A stretch of 61,710 bases of DNA, filler included, from Choristocarpus tenellus KU-1152 (GCA_964200185.2; 13 parts of 13 records of this genome joined end to end with filler, not necessarily neighbours in it); one strand, 5' to 3'; positions 40,315 to 53,114 are shown, counted from the whole stretch's first letter. The notes: generated by a model from the sequence alone, not told the origin. Numbers and translations are program-made.

Positions 40315-40908
40315 TCACCCCCACCAAGTCCCGTGGGAAGCCCGTTTCGTGGCTTTCGTGGTTGGCCTTGTCAAATCCAAGGAGCCTCTATCTGCACGGT
40401 TCCTTCCTTCCCTAACCCCTTTCTTGGGTGACTGTGAGAAGAAGTACGAGTGCCTCGCTTGTTGTCCCATCTGTGCACCACCTAGACTCTGCCTGACGTT
40501 TTCACTTTCCTCTGTCCCATTACTGTTGAGGAGCTTGTTCACAGCCCACAAAAAGGGGGATCTCGGGGGAGTAGTTGGAGACGTGATCAGGTGCGTGGTG
40601 GGGGTCATTGGGTTTTCGGAAGGATTTGAGCCGCTTCCTGTCTGCATGGAGTCACCATCGCTCTCAGCATCTGTATTATTATTGGGGGGGGGTTAGCAAA
40701 GGGGGGCAAAGAGTGATGGTTGGTGGGTGTGTCTTGTGAACGAGACTAAGCAACTAAGAACAAGTGCAAATTCAGTTTGTATGCTGGTTTGGCAGGGGTG
40801 GAGGTGATGCACATTCCGAAAATGAATTATTTTCTTGTACCTGGGGAGGGAAGAAGGCACACCGGGGGGGTAGCTGGCATTACGCCTTCATTTAAGGTTT
40901 GCACTAAA
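40315..40908 (-). CDS. Hypothetical protein terminal exons (possibly the 3' end of the TBC gene on the same contig)
   Basis: Exons 40908-40841 and 40670-40315 join in phase 1 and end ...ASHGTWWG*. No domain recognised. Confidence 0.4.
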
Positions 40909-43900
40909 CTGGGTAAGTAGACATGCAGATTGTAGTAGTAGTACCACTGATACACAAGCCAATTAATGTCTTGGGGAGTCCTTTTTTAGTGTATTGTAGT
41001 TGAAATGCATAGGGTTGACTTGTCAGATTGGACTACAGTCTACCCTTTGACAAGGGTCTCTTCAGATTGAAGTGTCGAATGATTGGTGATTAATCGTACT
41101 CCCTCCTGACATGATGTGCAAAATATCTGTGGGTATAAAATGGTATTATTCAGGAGGTAAAAGAAACACAGTATGTATTGATTATCGTACAACAGGAACT
41201 CTTCTCCAAGACGCGATGGCTGGATTGAATAATAAAAAGCGCAAAAAGCTACCCAAATATGTTTTGTTTTATTTAACACATGAAGAAAAATTTAATACAG
41301 AAAAAAAAGAAAATTTCAATGCCAGCTTCTTTTTAACGTGATTTTGCATCCTTGAAGTATCAAACATGACCGTCTCCCAAAAAAAACAAAAACAGAAAAC
41401 TGTTTATATCATCCAACTTTCACACACTACGCCTGGACAAGAAAGTCTCAAACATCTGATCCACCGATTTAACAAACATGACACAACACCCTGCTCTGTA
41501 GCTCAGGCCCTTGCATCCAAAACATGCAATTAACTAAAACGATTCAGCCGTGCATAGATGTAACACACCTTATCTATGTTCATATGATACCACTTGGGTG
41601 ACACGTCGAGAGAAGAGGTCGGTCTTGAACAACATGTATGTGAGGGTCCCAGTTTTTCAACTGTTTTTATCTCTTCAAAAAAAAAATACGTTAAGAGTTT
41701 CCTAGTTGGTTCAAAGTAAGTTACCAGAACAGGTACCTAGAGGTCTGCACTTGTAGTGGCACTTTTGTCTCACCAAAAGTTCACATGGCCTATTGAACAT
41801 GATACACTGGACACCATGAGGTATGGTGCTGCAACTTGATGGCCTAACACGCCTTTAAAAGATTTGGAACAGCCCAGAACGCCTAGAACAAATCAACGTA
41901 CATCCTTTAAAAGCATGTGGTTCACATGTCCCTGCAATTTGATAGATGTGTAGATGATTCATGGTGCAGAAAACAGAATTAACATGACATGCATCCACAA
42001 TCAGTCAAGGACCTGTTTCAAATGCGTTGATCTACATCATCACCACCAGTATTAGGCAAAAGACATTCATATTTTGCTCTGGCTTTATCCTATTCAGCAC
42101 GGGGCAGGTGTTGACCACCAGCAGACCACACTCTTCAGTAATGTTGTGAATTGATACGATTTGACTGAAATTCCCTCAATCCAACCAAAAAATTGGCAGG
42201 TATTTTTCGATTATCATTTTTGGCAGGAACGTGCTCTGGATGTCAACCTTTGCAAACCTCAATATGTGTGCAACGCAAAACCTTCAAATAAAGTTGGGCA
42301 CATTGAATGCTTTCAAGCCGACCTAACATATATTCATAAATGCCTTCCATTCACAACCCTCTTCTGCCTTCACCTCCTACTAAAGAAACAAACAGGGAGC
42401 CACCTCAACATAGGGAGACTGAGGACAGAGCAGCGCACCCCTCAACTGTCAACTCCACCATGCAAGTGTCTCGTTCCAGTCTTGCAACAATTCTCGCCCC
42501 TTGTCATGAACCAAAGTATTGATAATAGTGCTTGTAACACAAACTCCATCCTCACCATCTCATCCCTCCAAGTCTTGCAACACAACCTCAACTACACACT
42601 CCTGCTCTTCAAGGTATAACCACTCCTGAGCCCTACTGCCACTACCAGAGTGTGCTGTAGCCCCCAGAGTCAACCCCCCGCCATAGAGTTGTAACCTTTC
42701 AGGAACAAGAGGCCGTTGGTACAGCAACTCTCCCATTGTCAATGATGCCGTTGTTACCCTTCCCGTACTCTACTCAGAAATTTGTCATGAAACGTCAAGT
42801 CTCTTCCTCTCGCCATCCCCATATATATCCATGGTTTGCCAAAAATCAATACATGTAACAACCATACCAACGCTACCTACGTATGTGGTGACTATGCAGA
42901 GTCAAGTGTGGTGATGCTGGTGGGAGTTGGGGAAAAATCACAGTGGCTGTCCACTGTGCTCGGAATGGTCAATGTGTGTTGATAGGCACACATAACGGTC
43001 CTCTACAAGTCAAAAGCCAGCCACCATTTGGCATGGCATATCTCCCCACTTCCAAGGCTTGTCTGGTCATATCGACCTGAACCATGCTCTACGGGTTGAT
43101 ACTGAAAATAAACTGGAGACTAAGGTCAAAATTGTATGCCTCACTGGCCAACAGGTCTTGTTGCAACATGCCTTGAAATGTGACTCCATGATATCAATCA
43201 GTTGATACTGTATCTTGAATCCCATACAGAAAAAGAACTCTACACCACAAAAAAAAAGCATGAAAAAAACACAAAAAAAGAGATGAAACATATCAGGATA
43301 ATTTTTCCGATCTATTTTTTTTCAAAGCACAAAAATAAAATTGGTACTCGCCTTGGGCAAATGGACAAAAAAATAAAATAAATTCAGGACCAAAAATCGT
43401 CCGGTAGTTAAACCAAGAGAGACAAATCACCTGTCATAAATACAATTTCCAAGAGAAATCTCAACTATCACAGCACTACCACTAACGCTCTAGATGCAGG
43501 TCACACAAGAAAGAGCATTTTTTGTCACTACAGAGAACAAGATATATATATATATATAGAGAGAGAGATCCCTATTTTGACTTCACTTCAGTACCACAGT
43601 ATTGTGAAAAAAATCTCAGAGACAACAATAGCTTCCAATTACCAGTACCCGAAAACCTCATTGGAAGAAGTGTCTATCTCATGTCTATCTCATGTCAATT
43701 CAAACATCGCAACACCTCCACAAGGAGAGAGAGAAAAAAACAACAACTAGCGGAGGGTATGGCCCACAACCAACACCAACAATATCGACATCGAGTACTG
43801 GCTCCTTTACTATATGCTGCAATTCAATTAAATAATTGCAGACTATCCTTGGTTAGGGTTAGGGTCGAAATTCCGGATTGCATGTACATAGGAGTGAGTC

Positions 43901-44461
43901 AGTTTGCCTTACTGCAAAGCTCTCAATCTTGTCCAGAACTAAAATTTGGGCATACCCAGTCTGTACTCAAAATCAGCAGAGCTTTCCCCCCTGGTTGCAT
44001 TTTTTCTTGACAAAACGATACTTACTGAAACTTACTGAACGTATTCAGCAGCGAGACATTTCTTGGGGGATTGCATCTGTGCATGTGTCAGTATAACTTC
44101 AGCAGTGTACAGAAGGATATTATCACTCGTCAATTCCTCTCTACTGCACACTGTAAACAGCATTACTTCAGGAGCACACCACCGGGGGGCGATCAAGGGA
44201 ATCAACTGCCTGGCTGAGTTCAAGCCTGCGGCAAAGTAAATCACCACCCCAGTCAAAAGGAAAGGAGAAGCCTTAAAAACCACTCTGGAACAAAAGGAAC
44301 AAGACATTTCAAATGGAAGGTTCCAGCTCTACACAAACATTGAGACACTACCAGACAATCTTCGCATAATGGATGATATATTCTGAATCAAGTACCATTA
44401 ATACCATTAATTAACCCGAGACTTCTTCTCAAGTTGGGCATCATCACTTGGACGTCCAGCA

Positions 44462-44530
44462 GCCTAACACTACATACTATGTCTGCCTAACACTACATAC
44501 TATGTCTGCCTAACACTACATACTATGTCT
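44462..44530. repeat. Minisatellite, 23 bp x3
   Basis: GCCTAACACTACATACTATGTCT in three perfect adjacent copies. Confidence 0.95.
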
Positions 44531-45434
44531 GATAAACTCAAAGGGCTGCCACCCTCTGCTCAAGGCACACAGGTATGGCACGTCCTCTACCTACAATTAT
44601 TGGTGTGATTTTTCTTCCTGATCTTGTGTGTGTATCTGTATCATCATGAGCACCGTGATCACATTTACAGCTGGTCCTATTCCATAACTACAAATTCTGG
44701 GCACAAATGAAATTGTCCCCAAAAAATATTACTGCTCAAAACAGCTCTCGCCACACTATTGGCAGTGCAACCAGCAGTGGGGTGTTGACAAGTGACAATG
44801 ATGCCCTGGTCACAATCAATCACCCCATAAAACAAACACGTGTGCTCTTTCCATATTGCTTGAGGGGCTAGCTGTGAAAAGGTACACCTCTGGCCGACAC
44901 ACTACTATCGTACAATAAGTTTGGTCCTACAAATGCTGTACAGAGCATTACATAAGAAATTACTCTACAAAATAGGCACAGGTGAAACGTTGGAATCCCT
45001 CCAAAGTCTTTAGCCATGAACTATTGCAATATGCTTTCCTACCAATTATTTAAGCCCCCTAGCAAGCCCAATGCAACCATCACTCATCATGATCTCATGC
45101 ACCCGAATCACATGATGACATTATGATAGGATCACATGATGAGAGGATGATAGGATGGATGATAGGATCTGCCGGAGACTAGAGGGCTGTGCTGCAAGAA
45201 GGATCAAGGCATTGCTCAAGACAAACCTGTCACAATGCCTGTCACAATGCTCTATGTTTGTCTGACCTCCAACAGACATGTGATACTAATTTTTAAAAAG
45301 TGCAAAAGCAAGGCATCTCACAGAGGGCATCGCAAAAGAGCATGTCCTACTGGCCAGGATACACACGCCTCCCAAGGGTAGGCATGTGTAAGCAAGCACA
45401 CTACTCCAAGTGGTTAAATGGCAATAGAATACCC

Positions 45435-45466
<32 letters not shown>

Positions 45467-45862
45467 TATTGACTCTGCGAGAGAAGTCACGCCTCGCCTG
45501 GTAATTTGCCCATCATGGCTTGACCGAGACGAGTTATCGTGGTGTCGGAGACAGCCCCCTCCCCATCTAACATCGCAATGTGCTTATTGTTGCCCTCCTC
45601 TTCCCATGCAGCAAGCACCTGTTACAAAGTTTTAAAAAAATGTACGTGTACATATTGTGGCGCTTGCTTAAAGAGAACAAAGGAGCAGCAAATGCAACAC
45701 ACACAACACACACAACACACACAAAACACAGAAAATAAAACAGAACCTAAGAGGCACCATGGGGTGAAAAGAGAGATTGGGACAGACAGCGACTGAGACA
45801 GAATAAATAGAAAATATTAATAATGTATCGAGATGGGTCTCCCATTTTGGTTTGATCCACAC

Positions 45863-46034
45863 CTTTAAAAGGTCCACAGGCTGCGCTGACAAAATATCAG
45901 TAAAATCTTCAAGCCCCTCCATATATCTTCGGATGGTGCCTATGGCTGATGGGAGGCTATCGGCACTCTCCAGCTGTTCCTTGCATGCATTTAGCAGGGA
46001 CAAGGCAACCCACACCAAGACCGCCGGTCCTCGC
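45863..46034 (-). CDS. Exon of a TBC (Rab-GAP) domain protein, C-terminal helices
   Basis: CAG|...AAG|GTGTGG exon: RGPAVLVWVALSLLNACKEQLESADSLPSAIGTIRRYM. Resembles the TBC pattern GxxVLFxVALALLxxxExxL. Confidence 0.6.
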
Positions 46035-46137
46035 CTGNNNNNNNNNNNNNNNNNNNNNNNNNNNNNNNNNNNNNNNNNNNNTTAATTAATTAANNNNNNN
46101 NNNNNNNNNNNNNNNNNNNNNNNNNNNNNNNNNNNNN

Positions 46138-46207
46138 CCAAAAAAGTGAAAATCGAAAAAAGGGTGAAAAACGGACGCCGACACCCCCCCCCAAGATACT
46201 TTGACCC
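46138..46207 (-). mobile_element. MITE family C end at a contig start
   Basis: ...AAAACGGACGCCGACACCCCCCCCCAAGATACTTTGACCC. Confidence 0.8.
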
Positions 46208-46881
46208 AAAAGGACTGCAGGATGCTACTGTAACATGACAGCAGCAAACAAAAGACCAATCTGTATAGCCAAGAGTCCCTATTTGAGTATTGAGGCAAGT
46301 ATTTTGTTGTCATATATCCCATTCACATTCTAGTGATAAATGTTCAACAGTCTTTGCTACTGTCTCCACAATGCACTATTCAATATGAGACCATGCCCAG
46401 CCCGTAATGCACGAGTTGAGGTGAAACATCTGGACATATTCTCAAATACTACATTCTTGTCTCATCAAAAAATAGTAATGCTACAACAGTCCCTCTATCA
46501 GGCCAAGGATCAAGCCCGGGCAGGGAGAGGGGAATAGGTGGAAAGAGATACAGTGGGGTCTATATGAGTAAAACTATCATGTCATTGCAGCAGTCACTGT
46601 AGCAAGTTGGCCTCTATGAACATTTCAGAAAATCGAAAATTACTAGGAAGGTGCATCTCCCACTACCATCGAATAGTGTGTTGTATTATATATTTATCAT
46701 GTTGAACACTGGGCCAAAAAAACAATTCCCACTGCTTCAATTAAGATTTAGATTAAGATTTACCTGTGGAACAATGGACGTCCTCAAAATCAACATATCT
46801 AGGGTTGCTCCTATACCAAAGGTGTTTCACTCAAGGTACTATGGCGATATTAGTTGCTTGCTTTTGAATCTCAGTGGTCAC

Positions 46882-47661
46882 CTTGATGTAGCCAAAGGAA
46901 GAATCGTGCCCCAGCATCTCCACATAAATCATGCGCACCAGGAATTCCTTCATTTTCTTGCGTCCAACACCAGACTCAGGCATCTGACGCTTCAGAACCC
47001 CCACCTGACCGATTGACACAGCGCAAACCAGGGACGATTGGGAAGAGAGAAAGGGGTCAAGAAAAGTAAGGGGAGGCGGAAGGGAAGGGGATCAAGGAAT
47101 ACCAGGATACAATGGGTTAGGTAGGTATGGGTGCAAGTGCGTTACTGTGGTTAGGTATTGTTGAGGGCTTAGCGAAAATGAGGACAGAGAGTCTGTGAGG
47201 AGCATCGAAGGAGCTGTACCATTGTGGCAATGGTTTGTTCTTCACAACTTGTAATTTGCCTTGGTGTGGTGATGGAGGAGCCAGGGAGGTAAGGTAAGGA
47301 AGGTGTATTTCACGAGCTCTGAAGGAAAAGGTGGGAATAAAACGGAAGGGGATGCAAAGGAGGGGTAGGCTGTTGCAAAATACTACTCCAATATGTATGG
47401 CTGTTGATGAGAGCCAAGTCAAATCTCCCTGCTTTGTGTAAACTTTGCAATGAGTCAGGCATAATTTTCCTTTCTCGTAAGCCTGTGCTAAGCAGAGGAA
47501 TAGTCCTGGGTGACTTGTAGCATGAATCTCGCATTGGTGAGTTATCCTGTCCCTAGCCCCACCTCTTTCATGATGATTCTATCCTCCTCTTGCTTGGACT
47601 TGCTCTCGCCTATGGCCTTCACCAGCTCGAAGAAATCCTTGGAAAGGTGGCCGCCGCTCAT
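46882..47661 (-). CDS. AP4E1: AP-4 complex subunit epsilon; exons 1-2
   Basis: Exons 47661-47563 (MSGGHLSKDFFELVKAIGESKSKQEEDRIIMKE) and 47004-46882 (VGVLK...KKMKEFLVRMIYVEMLGHDSSFGYIK). This is the characteristic epsilon-adaptin N-terminus. Confidence 0.93.
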
Positions 47662-48645
47662 CGTGACAACTGGGATTCCACCTTACAGATCACCTTTAGG
47701 GGAATTAATTGAAAGAGTAGAAGAGCGCTCGTGGCAAGTCTCGGCGCTAGGATGTCCCTCCCGTTCCTGATGAACAGAGAGGGCAGGGTCAACAATCCTA
47801 TCCGTTTACTTGGAGGTGTTTCTCGATTGCTGATAGATTGCCTCGTGGAAGGAGGAGAGAGTTAGAAATGATTGCATATTAATGAAGAAGTCTCGGGCGA
47901 CGGAAACTGTGAAAGAAGGACACATGCAGTCCTTCCAGCAAAGCAATGAAAGGATGCTTTGTCCGTTCCATGTTCCTGACGCTGCAGCAGTATCGGTACA
48001 GAGCCCAAAAGTTCTAACTTTAGGTAAGGAGAGAGGTTCCAGAGACTTAAATGGGTTGCTATCGCGCCAGTGGGGAATGAAGGACATTGGCCCCTACCTC
48101 CTTGATCCTTCCACCACTGCGGGTGTTTTTCTCCTCTAGTTCTCTATAATCCTCGGGAACCCTTGCTCACACCAAAGCAACACCAGTGGCAATCTCAATG
48201 CTTGCAATTCAATATTGCAGAGAACAATGTTCTCTCTCTATCGGCAGCTACGACAAGACAGTAGAAGAACCTACTGTTGGCGCAGTTTGAGCGGAGTCTT
48301 GTACTGTTTTGTTTTAGTTGTACTTCCTCTTAAATAGAGAGAAGAAAGGGAGGAGTTGTTACACCTTCGAAAGGCATTAGTCACCTCTACTTTGTGAAGA
48401 TGGGGAAGAAACTTCACACTTCAAGGTGTGAGGTAGCGTTATACAGTAGTGGTACTGGGAGAAAGAGAGGCGTCGACGGGACGGACAAGTGCATCCCATA
48501 GGTAGTCATAAGTACAGGAATTTGCTTGAACATACTACGAGCAGAACTTGAATAGATAACTTACAAGTAGTATCATCCAGAACGTTTATTGTTTAGTCCA
48601 CCCCCAATTGGTAGGAAACTTGAAGGACGAGGAAGAGGAAGGAGG

Positions 48646-50935
48646 ATGACAAGCCCTGGTATGGGAAGTGTAGGGATTCAAAAGGGCCTGGCTTATGCCA
48701 ATCTGGATTTGAAGAAGGAGATAGGAGTCGCAACGTTACAACCTTCAGGAATTGTGGGGGCGCAACAGAGGATCATAGGAGCCACAATGAAAAGGGAAGG
48801 GGCGGAGGGGAAATCAGCGATGACGGCTGAAGCTGCTAAATCGATTCTCGAGATTAAATGTATGGAAGTGAAGGAGTTGCTTGCACCGGAAAAGTCGATG
48901 AGCGGTGAGCTCCAAGATTACATCTTGCGTCAAAGGGTTAAGCTTGTGGTCCAAGTGTTCTCCCCGTTCAACTCGAGGGACTTTGCTGGCCGCTCGAGAC
49001 GTGCCGAATTAATGAGATGTCGTTGCTTTGTCGAATGTCACGCAATTATGCTTCCCCCTTCAAAGGTACATATGCTCTTCTTGATACGCTGCTCACATCT
49101 GAAAGCTACGTTCCTCATCACGACTCGTAGTGTGTTCCTTGGGCGCTGTCTCCTGCTGCTCATAGCGAATTCTACCTCAAAGCCACATCAAAAATTCTTA
49201 TTGGATAACTATGGGAACTATCCCAAAATGATCCTATCAACCGTTATTCCTGTTCTTATGGCTCCTCATACAAGAAAGCTCTCTGGTACGGGCCAGCTCG
49301 AAAGTTACGCATGATCTAAGAACCTAATTTTTCCTTTAAGATGAACCGCTCCTGCTGGGCAAGCAGCAATCACTCTGTATCAACGCCTTTTTTCGGCTCT
49401 CTTTAACCTGTGGCCCTGGTAATCCTCGCACGTTACCCGCCTCTCCAATATTGAAAAGACGTCGTATTAAGTTCTTCGTTTCTCTCACCCCGATTTGCCC
49501 CCATGGATAACATAACGACTCTGGTTACTTTTTTACAACAAAACCAAAACTACTCGGGTTTCAGATATTAATGGATGGGTGAAAAAGATCATGTTTGAGG
49601 TTCAACAGCTTAATGCCGAGGCAAGCAAAGACAAGGGTGAGAACAGCGAACACACCTTTGTTGCTGCGGTGGAAAGCGCACCACAGTTCTCATGCCCAAC
49701 GTGTGGAAACAAGGTGGGAGGATTGTGTAACTGAAATGGAAGTATCGACTTGGCACCCCTTTTTACCATAGTCCTCACCCTCTATGTGCAAGATCTTTGC
49801 TGTTGCCCTCTTCTGTCTGATACTTAGGGAAACATTGCATATTTTTGCTCTTTGATGGGATGCCAGGAGATGTCGTGTTTGCCCTCTGGAAATGTTGTGT
49901 GACTGCCTATCAGAAGCAATAGATCACGCGGTCAGCTCTTCCCTCGTCGGAAAGAAGCCTTTGTCTTTACTTCTTGATCCTTTCTTTTTCCAAAGTTTTG
50001 ACTCTTGGTTCGCAGGGTTGTGCTGTAGTTCCAAGTACCACAAACCCTTGTGGGTGATCCTATCTGATATGTGCACCTCAATGCTATGATGTACGGCAGT
50101 TTCAGTGCTCACACCGATGTTAAAGTTGCCCAATGGAGTTTGTTCAAACTATTTGAAATTTGAAAAAAAAAATTGTGTGGAAACGAGGATTTTTTTTTTT
50201 CCCCGACTGAAAAAAGAAAATGAAAAGAGATGGCCCATTGAAGCAATTCGTTCAAATTGAAAGCTAGAGTCTGCAGTATGGACAAGAGAATTGTATGTTT
50301 TTGTTTCCTGAGAGGAGGAAAATGTGGGACACCACTGGCGGCGAGATTGCTGGAGATAGTTGCACTTATACCCTTCATTTACAGCAAGGTGGAGTGTTGA
50401 TTTGTTTTGTTGTGCATATCTCTGGGTCAGGTTGGTGATGACGCAATAGATGTGTCCTGCTTTGAATGCAGTCAAATGTCTTCGAGGAATGCATTGACTC
50501 CTAACTTGACATGTGAATATATCGTGCCATACCCTCAACAAGTCGTGACGTGCACACCAAGAGGCGGTTGTTGACTAGCGGTTCATTTCGACCTCTGTTT
50601 TTTTTTTTTATGGAAGAGATTAACCTTGAGAGGCATTTTTGCAGACGTTGGACCCCGCGAGACACATATCGCTCTCTCCCTCCGTTAAAGGGGACAAAGT
50701 ACGAAGTTCAAGTGCTTCAAATACGAGTGAGTGCACAACTATAGGTCTATACAAGTGAGCGAGTCTATATTTATTTTATTTACTTATTTTAATTATTCTT
50801 GTTCATTTTTTTTTGCTTTTTTTTTTTTTTGCAAAGCAGAAGCAGATGTACTTCATGGTGGACCAGCGACAGGGGGACACCATTTGCCTAGGTGTGGATG
50901 GGCAGGGGTGTGGAACGGTTGTTCAAGACCACAAG
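48646..50935 (+). CDS. TFIIB-type zinc-ribbon protein with an N-terminal extension, partial
   Basis: Phase-consistent exons 48646-48904, 49341-49418, 49565-49713 and about 50837-50935. They give ...FSCPTCGNK/QKQMYFMVDQRQGDTICLGVDGQGCGTVVQDHK, matching TFIIB CPxC...DxxxGDxxC..CGxV. Confidence 0.7.
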
Positions 50936-51065
50936 GTGAACGGTACTGTTTTAGACTCGGGAGGGNNNNNNNNNNNNNNNNNNNNNNNNNNNNNNNNNNN
51001 NNNNNNNNNTTAATTAATTAANNNNNNNNNNNNNNNNNNNNNNNNNNNNNNNNNNNNNNNNNNNN

Positions 51066-51169
51066 GGCTTGGCTTCCCTCGGGGGTCTTACGACATTTTC
51101 CTACTCCAAAATATTTCGGAGTAGGGTAAATGGATACGTTATGAAAAGGTGTGTCCGGAACAAGGATAA
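51066..51169 (-). mobile_element. MITE family A internal fragment
   Basis: Contains the CCTACTCC...GGAGTAGG hairpin and is fused directly to a mariner fragment. Confidence 0.85.
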
Positions 51170-51402
51170 TGCCTAGGTAGGGCATGCCATCTTCGTGCAG
51201 CAGGATGAGGCAAAGCCTCAAACCAAGGGGGGATCTTGGACGCAATCGAGGAGATTGTGGGAGACGACATTGTCATAGAGACCCAGCCAGGCAATTCAAC
51301 TGACCTCAGCGTCAACGACTAGGGGTTCTTTCATTCCACCCAGCAACTGAAGGAAGACGCGGAGGTGACCAACACAGAGGAGCTGGTGAAGGCCATAATG
51401 GA
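51170..51402 (+). mobile_element. Mariner transposase fragment
   Basis: IFVQQDEAKPQT...IVIETQPGNSTDLSVND*GFFHSTQQLKED. Confidence 0.85.
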
Positions 51403-51659
51403 GAGTCAAAGCATTTGAGAGGGTAGGGGTTTGCCCTGTTTGTCCATTCAGGGCTTGGCTTCCCACGGGGGTTTTTTGCCCTTTTTCGATTTTCTGTGTG
51501 AACACAGTTACCTAAAAAGTGTACGACTATGAAAAGTATGTCCAGAGCAAGGATATTGACACCTGCGAACAAGACAACAGCCAAAATTAATCAAAACTGA
51601 AACATTGGATTTATGTCCCCGAATGGACGCAGCCCTCTACCCTCTTAAATGCTTGGGTC
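51403..51659 (-). mobile_element. MITE family A, divergent subfamily
   Basis: GAGTCAAAGCATTTGAGAGGGTA...TACCCTCTTAAATGCTTGGGTC. The body is homologous to family A but lacks the internal hairpin. No clean TSD. Confidence 0.8.
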
Positions 51660-51668
51660 TGTTCGATA

Positions 51669-52464
51669 TGTCGAATATCTTTGTCCAGGAAAGGCTCGTC
51701 GCCAGAAGCTGCTGGTGGGTTACATGGTGAACATACACTAATTTATTAATTATCCGCCAACCTTCTTAGTCATCCATTATCACTGACGTATGGCCAAAGG
51801 CTGACTCACCCTACCGTTACGTACATTATTAGTTTGTATTGTGTCGAGAAAAAGATAAATGTACATGAAACGGTGTTATATACTTGCATCAGCATACACA
51901 AAAAGGTTTAACAGTAGATATTCGACATGCTCCCCTTGCTGAAAACAAGCATTAACTCCCTACCAATAACAAAAAAACTAAAATCACATATATTATCCCT
52001 TTACGTGTTCATCAAAAACTTCACATAGTCAATAATCCTTACTGGAAAATTCTTGGTCAACACATCTGCCCTCTGGTTTATAGTACCAACAAAAACAACG
52101 CGAATCTCTCTTTTTCTAGCTAGGTCCCTCAAAAAATGGTGCCAGACATCAATGTGCTTTATTCTATTAGAGCTTGTGGCATTTCGTACTAATTTGCATG
52201 CATCATCGTTATCCTCAAAGTGTCAATGCAACTTCTAGGGAACTTCAGCTGAATAAACTCCAAAACACGTCGCAAGAAAAGTATTCCTGTGCCACACTGC
52301 TGCCAAGGGCTATGTACTCACTCTCCATTGAGGACAGAATTACAACCTTTTTAAACCTTTCACATCCAAGATATTGCTCCTCCGGCAAACATTTTGACTC
52401 CTCCTGTCATTGATCTGCGACCATTACAATATCCAGCATAACTAGCATCGGCATATGCACTCAA
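51669..52464 (-). mobile_element. Ty1/copia retrotransposon 3' end: RNase H relic, PPT and 3' LTR
   Basis: 52464 to about 52040 reads YADASYA...RRSMTGG...SSMESEYIAL...EDN...RIKHIDVWHHFLRD...QRADVLTK. PPT AAGGGGAG precedes the LTR at 51927-51669, which is bounded by TGTCGAATATCT and AGATATTCGACA. Confidence 0.88.
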
Positions 52465-52688
52465 GAGTCAAAGTATCTTAGAGGGTAGAGCCACGTCCGT
52501 TTGGGGGCCAAAACCCAATGTTGCGTTTTTGATGTAGTTTTGGCTATCGTGTTTTTTAGGAAGTGTCAATACCCTTGTTCCGGACGCATCTTTTCATAAC
52601 ATAAACATTTTACCTATTCCGAAATGTTTCGGAGTAGAAAAATGTCATAAAAATACCGTGGGAAGTCAAGTCCGAAATGGACAAACTG
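52465..52688 (+). mobile_element. MITE family A, right TIR missing; abuts the copia RNase H
   Basis: GAGTCAAAGTATCTTAGAGGGTAGAGCCACGTCC... Confidence 0.9.
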
Positions 52689-52988
52689 GACGACCCCCGA
52701 ACAAATTGTGACTGGAGTGGGTCAGTCTCAACCTTTGATGACATAACTTGGACTATTTGTTATGTCCTTACAGTGAGCTTACATGGTAGGAGTTGGCCCA
52801 CTTGTCTGTCAAGTAGTTCTAGCCAGATCCATGTCCATGCCATGCATCCATTTTTTCCACGGAGAAAATATGTAAATTTCTACGCTTGACACATAGTGTT
52901 ACCCAAGGTGATTCCACCCCCTCCTGGCCGCAAATAAACTTGTCCCCGACCTATTCCTCTTCAAGTATGTAGCCCCATATCTACATAG

Positions 52989-53114
52989 GTGATGGCAACA
53001 TAAAATACCAAGAGTGTGGCATGAGCTTTCAAGGTAGTATTCAGCACCAGCTACGGGAGACATTCAGGACTCACGAATGGGTCCTGCAACTTGACCCATT
53101 CCATTACTGTTCAG
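52989..53114 (+). CDS. Possible internal exon of an unknown protein
   Basis: TAG|...CAG|GTAAAG, open in phase 1-1: DGNIKYQECGMSFQGSIQHQLRETFRTHEWVLQLDPFHYCS. Confidence 0.3.

Noticed and set aside
44462-44530. 23-bp direct repeats (also the 43-bp pair at 643) as CRISPR-like arrays
   Set aside because: The repeats are directly adjacent with no spacers, there are no cas genes, and the context is eukaryotic.
48589-49314. 241-aa single-exon ORF
   Set aside because: It reads through a strong GTGAGC donor at 48905; the spliced model gives a coherent zinc-ribbon protein.
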